From Thermodesulfobacteriota bacterium (GTDB lineage Bacteria; Desulfobacterota; Desulfarculia; JACQYL01): a DNA stretch of 64,000 nucleotides. The stretch is from contig CAXXLZ010000002.1 of the NCBI GenBank assembly GCA_963675595.2, forward strand, positions 2,880,001 to 2,944,000. The letters are read 5' to 3'. How positions within the stretch are numbered: position 1 is the stretch's first letter; the number at the start of each line of letters is the position of its first letter. Made by a program: the position numbers and the translations under genes. The notes below the pieces were generated by a model, which searched no databases, was not told the origin of the DNA, and worked only from the letters and a program-made list of their open reading frames with translations. Shown here in pieces: positions 23,507 through 33,496 of this stretch.

Positions 23507-25822
23507 TCACCGTCTTCCGAGATTAGTCCTGAAGTATTCGGTGCTCTCGGACAAGACCGCCACCAGATCGTCACCTCCATAATGATGATCGGAATTGGGG
23601 AGTGGTACGAAGTCAAACGGCTTGTCGACAGCCATCAGGGCATCGATCACATTCAGAGTATTCTGCAGATGAACGTTGGTATCCACAAGACCGTGGATCA
23701 GGAGCGGCGCAGCCTCAATCCGATCCACCTTGTCTACGACGCGGGAGGATGCATAGCCCGCCGGATTCCAATCGGGAGTGCCCATGTACCGCTCCGTGTA
23801 GATGGAGTCGTAGTCTCGCCAGTCGGTGGGACCGGAGCCGGCCACACCGCAACGAAATGTTTCGGGGGCATGGATCAGGGCATAAAGAGTCAGGAATCCT
23901 CCGAAGGACTTGCCGTCGGTGCCGATCCGGTGGGCATCAACGTAAGGAAGGGACTTCAGATATTCAACCCCCGCCAGTTGGTCATCCAGCGCCGACGGGC
24001 CGAGCTCGCCTGCGATAGGGGTCTCGAAGGCATGACCCCGTCCCGAACTTCCACGGTTGTCCAGCCTCCATACAATGAAACCCGCCTGCGTATACAGCAC
24101 GTCGCGTTCGATGTGATTGAAGATGTTCGTTGTGCCGTAACGGTTGGACACGAGCTGAAGGGTCGGCCCCCCATACCAGTGAATCACCACTCCGTACTTC
24201 TTTTTCGGATCGAAATCTTCAGGCTTCACTATTTGTGCGTACAAGTCCTCGCCGTCATGAGCTTTCACCGTGAGAAACTCGCGTGTAACTTTGGGTAACG
24301 ACACTGCCGGACCCGAGCATCGGCCCAATACGTCGACGAGAGTTCCGTCCGCCGTCAGGATACGGGTGACGGGCGGTGTATCAACATCGGAGAACTGCTC
24401 CACCAGGTACTCGCCGTCTCCCGAAAGCAGCCCGAAGTGGAATCCGGAAGCACTCGAAAGTGCGGTCGGTTCTCCCGTTTCAATGTCCAGGCGGGTCAAC
24501 AGTCGGTCAAGTGGTCCACTTGAGGTAGTGGAAAAGTACGCCCATTGCCCGGAAGGGTCCACCTGGATGGGTCGATCCGGGGCAAGCACATCCCAGGCGG
24601 TTGTGTCCACGAGCCGGCCCCCCCGGGTCAACTGCCTCACCACCCGTCCGTCCATTGAGCAGAGATAAAGCTGCATGAAACCGCTTCGCTCTGAGGCCCA
24701 GATGAACCCACTGCCATGCTTCAGGAAGATTGGGACCGGATAAAGAGACCCATTGATCCAGTTGGAGTCCGTTTCCCTGATAACGGTGCGTCCCGTTCCG
24801 GACGTCGGATTCCAGGCCTTAAGTTCGAGAACCTTCTGAGCCCTGTCGAGGGCAACATAAAACACTTCGTTCGAATCGGGGGTCCATTTGAACTTGGGGA
24901 GAATGTAGTCCGCCTCTTCGGGCAGCTCAATTTTTGAAAACGCCTTTCCCTCCTGCACCGATATCAGCAGAAGGGAGACTTCCGGATTCGCACTCCCGGG
25001 TGTGGGGTACCGGGTAAGAATAGTCGTCGGCGGGTCGGTTTCAAAGCTCGTGATCGGGTAAGTCGCCACAGGTCCATCGTCGGTGCGCAGCACCAATAAC
25101 CACCGCCCGTCGGGAGACCATGCGTAGGCCGGTTGTGCGACTCGATCGGCAAACTCCTCATTGTAGACCCAGTCAAGCGTGCCGTTATATACGGTCTCGC
25201 TGCCGTCGACAGTGAACCGCTCGACCCAGCCGTCGCTGATCCGTTCCGTGTAGAGATCGTTGCCGCGGACAAAAGAAACGGCTTCGCCCGACGGCAGGAA
25301 TACCGACGCAGTGGGGACGCCGCCGTCGGCGAGCCGAACGAGCGCCGAACTAGCCACATCAAACAGCCAAAGGCAGGTCGGGCCGGAGAGCAGTATGGAT
25401 TCACCCTGGGGAGACCACTGCGCCGAGGCCAAATCAATCTCCTCGGTTAGGCTGGAGGGGTCCAGAATGACTCGTTTGACACCAGAAGCGGGTTCATAGA
25501 GCCAAAGGGCGTCAGGACCGCCGTTTTCCTTGGGAGCCGTGTAGACCAGCCTCGCACCCACAGGGCTCCACGTAAAGGCCGATGGCCCCGAACCGACGAG
25601 CGCACCCGGCTCAACCAGCATGCGAGCAGTGATCGGCTCTGTGTATTCCGGCGAGTCGGAAGCGGAGTCCGAGCAGCCCGAGATACCGGTCCAGAGAAAG
25701 ACCGCCATCAGAAGCAAGACTATGCCTCCGACCGAAGTCCGAGGCGACACCATCACCGGCTGATCGGACCTGAACGGGCTGCTCTTTCGGCAACAACCTT
25801 GAAGGTATTGACCGGAACGCAC
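23507..25822 (-). CDS. S9 family dipeptidyl-peptidase IV-like lipoprotein (alternative start 25753)
   Basis: DWVYNEE, YGGP, DNRGS, nucleophile GKSFGG, YTERYMG, HGLVDTNVH, SDHH; ISGC lipobox. Confidence 0.92.
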   Translation of the reverse strand: MRSGQYLQGCCRKSSPFRSDQPVMVSPRTSVGGIVLLLMAVFLWTGISGCSDSASDSPEYTEPITARMLVEPGALVGSGPSAFTWSPVGARLVYTAPKENGGPDALWLYEPASGVKRVILDPSSLTEEIDLASAQWSPQGESILLSGPTCLWLFDVASSALVRLADGGVPTASVFLPSGEAVSFVRGNDLYTERISDGWVERFTVDGSETVYNGTLDWVYNEEFADRVAQPAYAWSPDGRWLLVLRTDDGPVATYPITSFETDPPTTILTRYPTPGSANPEVSLLLISVQEGKAFSKIELPEEADYILPKFKWTPDSNEVFYVALDRAQKVLELKAWNPTSGTGRTVIRETDSNWINGSLYPVPIFLKHGSGFIWASERSGFMQLYLCSMDGRVVRQLTRGGRLVDTTAWDVLAPDRPIQVDPSGQWAYFSTTSSGPLDRLLTRLDIETGEPTALSSASGFHFGLLSGDGEYLVEQFSDVDTPPVTRILTADGTLVDVLGRCSGPAVSLPKVTREFLTVKAHDGEDLYAQIVKPEDFDPKKKYGVVIHWYGGPTLQLVSNRYGTTNIFNHIERDVLYTQAGFIVWRLDNRGSSGRGHAFETPIAGELGPSALDDQLAGVEYLKSLPYVDAHRIGTDGKSFGGFLTLYALIHAPETFRCGVAGSGPTDWRDYDSIYTERYMGTPDWNPAGYASSRVVDKVDRIEAAPLLIHGLVDTNVHLQNTLNVIDALMAVDKPFDFVPLPNSDHHYGGDDLVAVLSESTEYFRTNLGRR

Positions 25823-25950
25823 TGCTTTGCTCCTCGCTGCATAGTGTCAATGGGGCCGTTCACCTGCGAAGGGAACATTATGTTGGAGATTACTCCGGGC
25901 TCATTGATTCTCCTTATTTTGCGGGCCGGCAATGGGCATTGCGCATGCCT

Positions 25951-27804
25951 CTATGGGGTGACGGTTACATCGGCGCTGACGGTCACACCTTCCAGAGTCG
26001 CCTTGATGGTTGCCGCCGAGTTGCCCGTAACCGCATAAGTCGTAATGGGGAATGTGGCCGATGCCACCCCCTCGGGCACAACCACGGTGTCCGGCACCGA
26101 CGCCCAGTTGGAATTTGAAGAGGTCAGAGTGACCGTCGCTCCCCCGGTGGGAGCCGCCTGGTCAATGGTGACGGTTCCGGTGGTGGAGGTTCCCCCCTGG
26201 ACTTGCTCCGGAGAGATGGAGAGCTTTTCCGCAATGGCGTAAAGCACCTTATTGAGGTCAATCGTTATGATCGTCAAGTCGGTTAATTTTCCCAGGTCCC
26301 AACGATCAAAAGAGGAGAGGCTCACCTTATATTGTCCGCACCACGAAATCTGGCTGATGCCGTTTTCCATCCAGAACTGTAGCTTGTCGGTGGAAAGCGA
26401 TCTGGTCTGCATCACAACGGAGGCATTGGGCTGGAAGAGGTTGATGTTGAGGGTGTTCAGTTTGTCGAAGTCGCTGGTATAGCTCGGGTTTGCCGAATGC
26501 CACTTCCACAGAAAATTCAGGCCGGCATTGTTCGTCTTGTTTTCCACGGCCCAGTCGGGAATTTCCGTATTGGTGGACCGCGTAATGCTGCAGGTGGTGT
26601 TGGCACCTGCCGCTGAAACGCCCACATCAAACTTGTATCCCGCTGAGTAGGTGGTTACGTTGTTTTCATTGGGAGGCTCGGCGTCGTAGAAACGCAGAAT
26701 GGTTGTGGGATCCGGGCTGGTAGTGTATGGGTACAGGTTGAACAGGCACTCCATCTGGGCGTAACCCCACGCCTTAATGTATTCGTTGCCGTCATAAACT
26801 TGGTAGTCTTCCCCATTAATGGGCATGTCGATGCTGGTGCTCTTGACATAGGTGGAATGGTCGGTGGCCGGATTCGATGCGCCTATGTAATCGATGGTCA
26901 ACCACTGATAGTCACCATTGGCGTTGGCCGAATCGTTGTCAAGATAGAGGGAAACATTGGTCGTGGGAGTCAGCGTTAAAGTCTGATAGCCGACCATGGG
27001 CGCGTACGCCGGCATTACCCATGACAGATAACTTCCGCTGTATTTGAGCCATGCGTTGTCGATCGTCCAACTCGTATCTCGCGTATAACGCCAAGTTCTA
27101 TACTTCAATTCCGACGGATAGCTATCGCTCTCGGTGGCCCTCAGTCCTGCGTTGATCTCCCGGTTTTCCTCTAGAAGAGTATAGATTTTTTCCGCAAACA
27201 TTTTGGGACCCGTATGATCTTCAAATTCTTTCCGACGTTCCTCCAGGCTGGAATAGTACCCATCCTCGTCAAACTCAACATTCAGGCCCGTAGTATTGAG
27301 GCTTTCAATCAACTCCGACGGATCGACCTCTCTAAGTACCGGATGTTCAACAATTGCCATCATTCTGTTCAGGGTTCCGGAAATGGGTATAATACAATAT
27401 GCGGTGGTATCGTCGTCGCCGAAAAGAATACCCGTGTATTTCATGAGGGCTTCTTTGTGGGCGGCGGTGCAGTTCATGATCAGCAGGGCTTTCCCTTCGG
27501 CCATATTCTTCTTGATATCGTCATCGGTCATGATCTCATCCGGGGAAATCCCGTCGCCGTCCAAAGCGATACCGTAGTGCTCGTCATCGCCGCTTTCCAC
27601 AAAGACGATGCCTTCTTCCTCAAGGTAGCCGATCACCGGCCGGCTTCCTTCACCAAGAGAACCCAGAATCTTGAAAGAATACTGCGTCGGTTCGGGTGAC
27701 GGCGCGGTATCCGAATCCGAATCGGAACACCCCGGCCAGAAAAACAAGGAGACGGCAAACAGAAGAACCAACATCGGGAACACTGCTCTCAAGTTCCTAC
27801 TCAT
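25951..27804 (-). CDS. Lipoprotein with a possible leukocidin/cytolysin-like core and C-terminal Ig-like domain
   Basis: WPGC lipobox; PPNENNVTTYSAGYKFDVGVS...EIPDWAVENKT...LWKW pattern; Thr/Val-rich terminal beta-sandwich. The CDS is secure, the function tentative. Confidence 0.6.
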   Translation of the reverse strand: MSRNLRAVFPMLVLLFAVSLFFWPGCSDSDSDTAPSPEPTQYSFKILGSLGEGSRPVIGYLEEEGIVFVESGDDEHYGIALDGDGISPDEIMTDDDIKKNMAEGKALLIMNCTAAHKEALMKYTGILFGDDDTTAYCIIPISGTLNRMMAIVEHPVLREVDPSELIESLNTTGLNVEFDEDGYYSSLEERRKEFEDHTGPKMFAEKIYTLLEENREINAGLRATESDSYPSELKYRTWRYTRDTSWTIDNAWLKYSGSYLSWVMPAYAPMVGYQTLTLTPTTNVSLYLDNDSANANGDYQWLTIDYIGASNPATDHSTYVKSTSIDMPINGEDYQVYDGNEYIKAWGYAQMECLFNLYPYTTSPDPTTILRFYDAEPPNENNVTTYSAGYKFDVGVSAAGANTTCSITRSTNTEIPDWAVENKTNNAGLNFLWKWHSANPSYTSDFDKLNTLNINLFQPNASVVMQTRSLSTDKLQFWMENGISQISWCGQYKVSLSSFDRWDLGKLTDLTIITIDLNKVLYAIAEKLSISPEQVQGGTSTTGTVTIDQAAPTGGATVTLTSSNSNWASVPDTVVVPEGVASATFPITTYAVTGNSAATIKATLEGVTVSADVTVTP

Positions 27805-27881
27805 AAAAGGCCCCCCAACAACGGTTATTTGTTCTGATTCACAGGAAGCTTCTTTGCGGATTCAGGAGAGGTAACCTCACG

Positions 27882-28535
27882 TCAAGTTTGAGGAATCAGT
27901 CCGTCATCCATGATCTGCCTGATCCGCTTTCCCCAGTATTCGAACGCGTCTTCCGCCGACCCCCACTTGGTAAATCTCTCCGTAAATCCCGCTTGATACT
28001 CATCTTCCGCAACGGCAAGCACTTCGTCGGTGACGGAGTCCAGGACCATGACCTGGCAGGTCGTCGCCCCCGATCCGGTCCACGATCCGGTCGTTCCCTT
28101 CCTCAGGAGGCTGACCCCCACCCCGACCGGGATTACGGAGGTAACCGTGCTCAAGACCGGACGGCTTTGCTTGAGGTCCACGATGGCGAAGCGGAACCGC
28201 AACACATCCGGACCGGGGTCGGATACAATGGAGTACTTGTCCTTCAAGGCATCGATGATGGCCAACGTAGAGGCATCCCCCAACTTCTTCATCTCATCTC
28301 CGTCGATGATCTTGGAATCCGAATCGTCCGCCAACGCGAAGACCACATAATCCACCATGAATCTCTTATAATGCTTGAAATCGGATCCAGGTTTGATCCA
28401 GCGGAGTTTCGCTCCGCCCTCGGGTCCCGGCTCCAGGTTCTTATAGTATTCTCCCAAAAATTCCGATTTGGGCGGAGAAGCCGCGCAACCCACCATCAGC
28501 AGGGCGCAGATAAACATCACAGCCGTCTTTTTCAT
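27882..28535 (-). CDS. DUF3313-family lipoprotein
   Basis: MKK start with RBS, MVGC lipobox, SEFLGEYY.NL.PG, PGPDVLRFRFAIVDL, DS.T..VLA...D motifs. Confidence 0.8.
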   Translation of the reverse strand: MKKTAVMFICALLMVGCAASPPKSEFLGEYYKNLEPGPEGGAKLRWIKPGSDFKHYKRFMVDYVVFALADDSDSKIIDGDEMKKLGDASTLAIIDALKDKYSIVSDPGPDVLRFRFAIVDLKQSRPVLSTVTSVIPVGVGVSLLRKGTTGSWTGSGATTCQVMVLDSVTDEVLAVAEDEYQAGFTERFTKWGSAEDAFEYWGKRIRQIMDDGLIPQT

Positions 28536-28864
28536 CTTTGGTCTCCCACTCAAGAGAAGATTAAACAAAGCGCTCCTACCCCCTCCAAACAGCCTCACAA
28601 AGTCTCTTGGATATCGAATTACGAAACGCCGGCCGGCCGTTCCGTCGAACGGATCAAGCAAGGCTCACCCTCTTCAGTGGAGAGGCTGAGGGTGGAATGG
28701 ATTTTCCGACTCATTGCCAACGTTCCCTACGTTTCCCTAATTGAAAAAGGAGCTCTATGGTCCGGCTTGACCACGCGCCGGCTGGACGGTGCGGGCGCAA
28801 GGGGGGCGAGGGAGCGAGGTTCCCCGGCGATCCCTGAACGAGCACATTGATTTTTCTCCCCTGT

Positions 28865-30283
28865 TCACCGCTCGGCGGCCTTCGTCCGCGTTTCCGCGTT
28901 GGTCACCCATCCTCCTCCCATCGATTTATAGATATTGACATGCGCGACCAGAAGCGAGGTCCTCGTCCGGGCGTAGTTGAGCTCGGCGGAAAACAACTGA
29001 GACTCGGCGTCGAGTACGGTGAGATAGGGCGTGTAGCCGCCGTTGAACTGCATTCGCGCCAGGCGAGTGTATTCTCGGAGAGCATCGACCAGTTTCCCTT
29101 CGGCTTCGAGCCGACGACAAAGCTTTTGGCGGGACACCAGCGCGTTTTCCACGTCGCTGAAGGCGTTTAGAACGGCATTCTGATAGTTCAGAAGGGCCGC
29201 CTGTTGTGCCGCTTCCGTTTGCTTCACCTGCCCGGAAATGGCGCCGGCGGTGAAGATCGGCCCCAGGAAGGAGCCGGTGTAATTCCAGGTTCCTGCAGAA
29301 CCCGTAAACAGGTTGGACAATTCGGTGCTTTGGATTCCAAGAGCCGCGGTGAGCGAAATGGTGGGAAAATACAGCGCCTTCACCGCCCCGATCCGGGCAT
29401 TGGCCGCAATGAGATTCTGCTCGGCCTGAGCCAGGTCCGGACGCCGCTCGATAATCTGCGAAGGCAGCCCGGCCGGAACGTGGGGCAACGCCATATCCAG
29501 GATGGATTTGCCGCGCCCGATGGGACCCGGATTGCGGCCGAGCAGAATACTCAGGGCGTTCTCCGTCTGGGATATCTCCGACTCGATGTCCGGTATGGCC
29601 GCCGCCGCGGTTTGGAACTGCGACCGAGCCTGCTCGACCGTCATACGGGAGACTTGTCCGTGCTTGAACTGCAGTTCGAACAGATTGACCGTCTCCCCGT
29701 ACGCAGAAAGTGTGCGTTCCGCGATCTCGAGCTGCGCGTCGAGACCCCGCAAATTGATATAAGTGTCGGCCACCAAGGCGACCAGGGAAAGGATCACGCC
29801 GCGGCGGGCCTCCCGACCGGCCAGGAGTTCCGCACGCGCGGCTTCGGATAGTCTCCGAATGCGCCCCCACAGATCGATTTCCCAACCCGCGCCGGCAAGC
29901 AGTTGAAATGAGTTCCGAGGGTTCTCAACATGGGACAATACGGAGGACGCACCGGCTTCACTCGCCCTCTCTCGGAGCGAGGTCCCACTGTAGTTGATCT
30001 GCGGAAAGAGCGGAGCTCGGACCTGGGTGAGGACTCCGGCGGCCTGCTCGATGTTGGCCGCGGCCATCTTGATCGACAGGTTGTTTGTCAATGCCTCATC
30101 GATCAGGGTTTCAAGCACGGGATCCCCCATGGCCTTCCACCAGTCGGTATCGGCGGTGTCTTGGGAGTCGATTTCTACATTACGGAAAGAATCCGGTATG
30201 CTCACATCGGGGCGCCGGTAATCGGGCCCAACCGTGCATCCGAACAGGATCACAAGGCATGCCGGAAGAATGAATAATCTCAT
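28865..30283 (-). CDS. RND efflux outer-membrane lipoprotein (OprM/NodT family)
   Basis: GCTVGPDYRRP, WEIDLWGRIRR, RRPDL..AE, YFPTISL. Confidence 0.95.
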   Translation of the reverse strand: MRLFILPACLVILFGCTVGPDYRRPDVSIPDSFRNVEIDSQDTADTDWWKAMGDPVLETLIDEALTNNLSIKMAAANIEQAAGVLTQVRAPLFPQINYSGTSLRERASEAGASSVLSHVENPRNSFQLLAGAGWEIDLWGRIRRLSEAARAELLAGREARRGVILSLVALVADTYINLRGLDAQLEIAERTLSAYGETVNLFELQFKHGQVSRMTVEQARSQFQTAAAAIPDIESEISQTENALSILLGRNPGPIGRGKSILDMALPHVPAGLPSQIIERRPDLAQAEQNLIAANARIGAVKALYFPTISLTAALGIQSTELSNLFTGSAGTWNYTGSFLGPIFTAGAISGQVKQTEAAQQAALLNYQNAVLNAFSDVENALVSRQKLCRRLEAEGKLVDALREYTRLARMQFNGGYTPYLTVLDAESQLFSAELNYARTRTSLLVAHVNIYKSMGGGWVTNAETRTKAAER

Positions 30284-30284
30284 A

Positions 30285-33200
30285 TCACTTCAACTCCCGG
30301 GGGTCTTGGGGCGGGGCTTCAGGCACATGCGCGAGAGACTTTGGGGGAAGCCCACTCTTTTCCTCCGTGCCTTGACTCAGCCTATCGAAGAGATAGAAGA
30401 ACAGGGGCACATAGAGCATGGCCAAAGTGGCCTCGCCGATCATGCCGCCGATGATGCCGGTGCCGATGGAATGCCGGGCGTTGGCCCCCGCACCCGTGGC
30501 CACGGCCAACGGCAGTACGCCAAGAATAAATGCCAGAGAGGTCATGATGATGGGACGAAGTCGCTGCTCGCCGGCCTGAATCGTGGCATCCATGACGGAA
30601 AGCCCCTGTTTGCGCAGTTGCACCGCAAATGTGACCCGTAGGACCGCGTTCTTCGCTCCCAGACCGATGAGCACCAGGAGTCCGATTTGGAAATAGACAT
30701 CGTTCTCAAGACCCCGCAACCAGTTGAAAGTCAAAGCTCCCAGGATACCAAAGGGCACGGCCGTGAGGATCGAGCCTGGAAGAGTCCATGACTCAAACTG
30801 AGCGGCGAGAACGAGGAACACGATGACGATACCAAAAGCGAAGGCCGCGGCCGAAGTTCCCCCCGACTTCTTTTCCTCGTAGGCCATCCCCGACCATGCA
30901 TACCCGTATCCGTCCGGAAGCGTGTCATCCGCTGTTTCCTCCATTGCCAGAATCGCATCTCCGGAGCTGTAGCCCGGGGCGGGCGAACCGGTCACCTGAG
31001 CTGAAGGGAACCCGTTGAAGTGCGACACCACATCCGGACCGGACACGTACCGGGTAGTCACCACGGCCGAGAGCGGAATCATCCGCCCCTTGTTGGACCG
31101 TGTGTAGAGCCGTGTGATGTCGGAGGGGTCCCGCCTGAAGCCGGCATCGGACTGCAGGACCACATTCCAGATGCGGCTGTACTGATTGAATTGACTGACC
31201 GTGATCGATCCGAACTGAGCCTGAAGGGCGCTGTACACATCCTCCACCGGAAGATCGAGGAGCATTGATCTCGATCGGTCGACCTCCGCCTGCAGCTGCT
31301 GCGAAGCCCCCCGAAACGTGCTGTTCAGATTATTGATTTCAGGTCGCGTGCGGGCCTTGGCGAGAAATTCCCCGGTGATCTCGTAAAGCCGATCCGGATT
31401 GCCGCCTCCCTGATCCTGCACCCAGAATTCAAAGCCGCCTGTTGTGCCGATACCGGGAATCGCCGGCGGGGGTATCGGGATGACCAGGCCGGCGCCTATT
31501 TCACGCGCTTCGGCGGCCACGGACAGCAACACACTTCGGGCATTCTCCTTGATCGCGCGTTCGATGGAAGCATAGCGCTCCTTGAAGTCCGTAAGCGTTA
31601 CGAAAAGGGTGGCGGCGTTGGGCTTGAACTGGCCGTCGATCAAACTGAAGCCGTTGATGGTTGTCCGGTCGGCCACCGCCTTGTTCTTTGCGAAGATTTC
31701 GTCCACAAGGGATGAGGTCTCGACGGTTCGGTTCAGACTTGCCGCATCGGGCATCATTACCAGAGCCATCAAATAGCCCTGGTCTTCGTTGGGCACGAAG
31801 CTTGTCGGCATCGTCATGAATAAATGCACGAGTCCCCAGACCAGTATCGCCAAGACCATAAAGGCAACGGTCATTCGTTTGATCATGAGCACCACCGCTG
31901 AGCCGAAGGCCTGTGTGAAGCGGTCGAACATGCGGTTGAACCAGGCAAAGGGTCCGCGCCGGGCGGGCGCCGAGTGTCGGAGCATGACACCGCACATGGC
32001 CGGCGTCAGCGTGAGAGCCACGAATCCCGAAAGCGCCACGGAGATTACAATGGTAATGGCGAATTGTTTGTACAGTTGCCCCGTGGTTCCCGGAAGAAAA
32101 GCCGCAGGGATGAACACCGACGCCATCACCAGGACTACAGCGATGAGAGAAGCGCCGATCTCCTCCATGGCCTTGATGGTCGCCTCCCTTGGAGGGAGGT
32201 GGTGCATCGTCATGTTCCGCTCCACGTTTTCCACCACAACGATGGCGTCGTCCACCACCATGCCGATGGCCAGCACAATTCCAAAGAGCGTGAGCAGATT
32301 GATGGAAAAACCCAGAGCCAGCATCCCGGGAAACGTGCCGATGAGGGCCACGAAAATGGCCGCGGCGCAGATGATGGTGGCGCGAAAACTCTGGAGAAAG
32401 AGATAGACGACCAGCACCACCAGCAGAATCGCTTCAAAGAGCGTGTGGATCACCTCTTCGATGGAAAGTCGTACGAAATCCGTGGTGTCCAGGGCGATCA
32501 CGCAGTCGATGCCCGACGGCATCGTGCGCTTCAGGTCGTCCAGGGTCTTGCGGACGGCCTTGGAGACGTCGAGCCCATTGGCGCCCGGCTGCTGATAGAT
32601 GGCTATGAATGCCGCAGGCTTGCCGTTCAGCCGGTTGTCGTCGATATAGAGCCGCCTACCGACTTCCGCCCGCGCTACGTCTCCGACTCGGACGATGGCA
32701 CCGCCATCCGGATTTGCACGCAGAATGATGTTCTCGTATTCGGAAGGAGTCACAAACGGGGCCTGAGTCACAATCGGGAACGTCAACTGCACTCGGTCGT
32801 CGTTCGGTTGTTGCCCGATTTGACCGGCTCCGAAAAGGGCGTTTTGTTTGGCGACGGCATTCTTGATGTCGGTCGTCGTAATTCCGAGAGAAGCCATGCG
32901 ATCGGGATTCATCCAAATACGCATCGCTTGATCCGGCATGCCGAAAATCTGAGCCTGGCCTGCGCCGTTCACCCGTTTGACGGCGTCCAGAAGGTAAACG
33001 TTGGCATAATTGGCGACATACTCCGGGCTGTAACGTTCCTGCGTGTCGGTTACCGCAATGATCATCAGCATGCTGGACGACTTCTTCTGCACCGAGACAC
33101 CGTAATTCGCCACCATGTCGGGAAGCTGGGGCATGGCCAGGTTCACCCGGTTCTGAACCTGGACCTGCGCGACGTCGGGGTCCGTATCCAGGGCAAAGTA

Positions 33201-33479
33201 CACGGTGATGGTCATCTGGCCGGTGTTCGAGCTTGTCGAGGTCATGTAGAGCATGTTCTCGACCCCATTGATCTGGGCCTCGATGGGCGCCGCCACCGAG
33301 TCGCCCACCGTCTTCGAGTCGGCGCCGGGATACGTGGTCGTCACCTGGATTTGAACAGGCGTAATGGTCGGGTACTGGGAGACGGGCAATGCGTTCATGG
33401 CCACGAGGCCGGCGATCACGACAATGAGCGAAGCCACCGTGGAAAAAATGGGCCGTTCAATGAAAAATCTGGAAAACAT
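30285..33479 (-). CDS. RND efflux permease (AcrB/HAE1 family)
   Basis: MFSRFFIERPIF, YPGA, AIGMVVDDAIVVVENVER, AKNA, RLRPIIMTSLA. Confidence 0.97.
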   Translation of the reverse strand: MFSRFFIERPIFSTVASLIVVIAGLVAMNALPVSQYPTITPVQIQVTTTYPGADSKTVGDSVAAPIEAQINGVENMLYMTSTSSNTGQMTITVYFALDTDPDVAQVQVQNRVNLAMPQLPDMVANYGVSVQKKSSSMLMIIAVTDTQERYSPEYVANYANVYLLDAVKRVNGAGQAQIFGMPDQAMRIWMNPDRMASLGITTTDIKNAVAKQNALFGAGQIGQQPNDDRVQLTFPIVTQAPFVTPSEYENIILRANPDGGAIVRVGDVARAEVGRRLYIDDNRLNGKPAAFIAIYQQPGANGLDVSKAVRKTLDDLKRTMPSGIDCVIALDTTDFVRLSIEEVIHTLFEAILLVVLVVYLFLQSFRATIICAAAIFVALIGTFPGMLALGFSINLLTLFGIVLAIGMVVDDAIVVVENVERNMTMHHLPPREATIKAMEEIGASLIAVVLVMASVFIPAAFLPGTTGQLYKQFAITIVISVALSGFVALTLTPAMCGVMLRHSAPARRGPFAWFNRMFDRFTQAFGSAVVLMIKRMTVAFMVLAILVWGLVHLFMTMPTSFVPNEDQGYLMALVMMPDAASLNRTVETSSLVDEIFAKNKAVADRTTINGFSLIDGQFKPNAATLFVTLTDFKERYASIERAIKENARSVLLSVAAEAREIGAGLVIPIPPPAIPGIGTTGGFEFWVQDQGGGNPDRLYEITGEFLAKARTRPEINNLNSTFRGASQQLQAEVDRSRSMLLDLPVEDVYSALQAQFGSITVSQFNQYSRIWNVVLQSDAGFRRDPSDITRLYTRSNKGRMIPLSAVVTTRYVSGPDVVSHFNGFPSAQVTGSPAPGYSSGDAILAMEETADDTLPDGYGYAWSGMAYEEKKSGGTSAAAFAFGIVIVFLVLAAQFESWTLPGSILTAVPFGILGALTFNWLRGLENDVYFQIGLLVLIGLGAKNAVLRVTFAVQLRKQGLSVMDATIQAGEQRLRPIIMTSLAFILGVLPLAVATGAGANARHSIGTGIIGGMIGEATLAMLYVPLFFYLFDRLSQGTEEKSGLPPKSLAHVPEAPPQDPRELK

Positions 33480-33496
33480 GCCGCTGTCTCCCGCGG

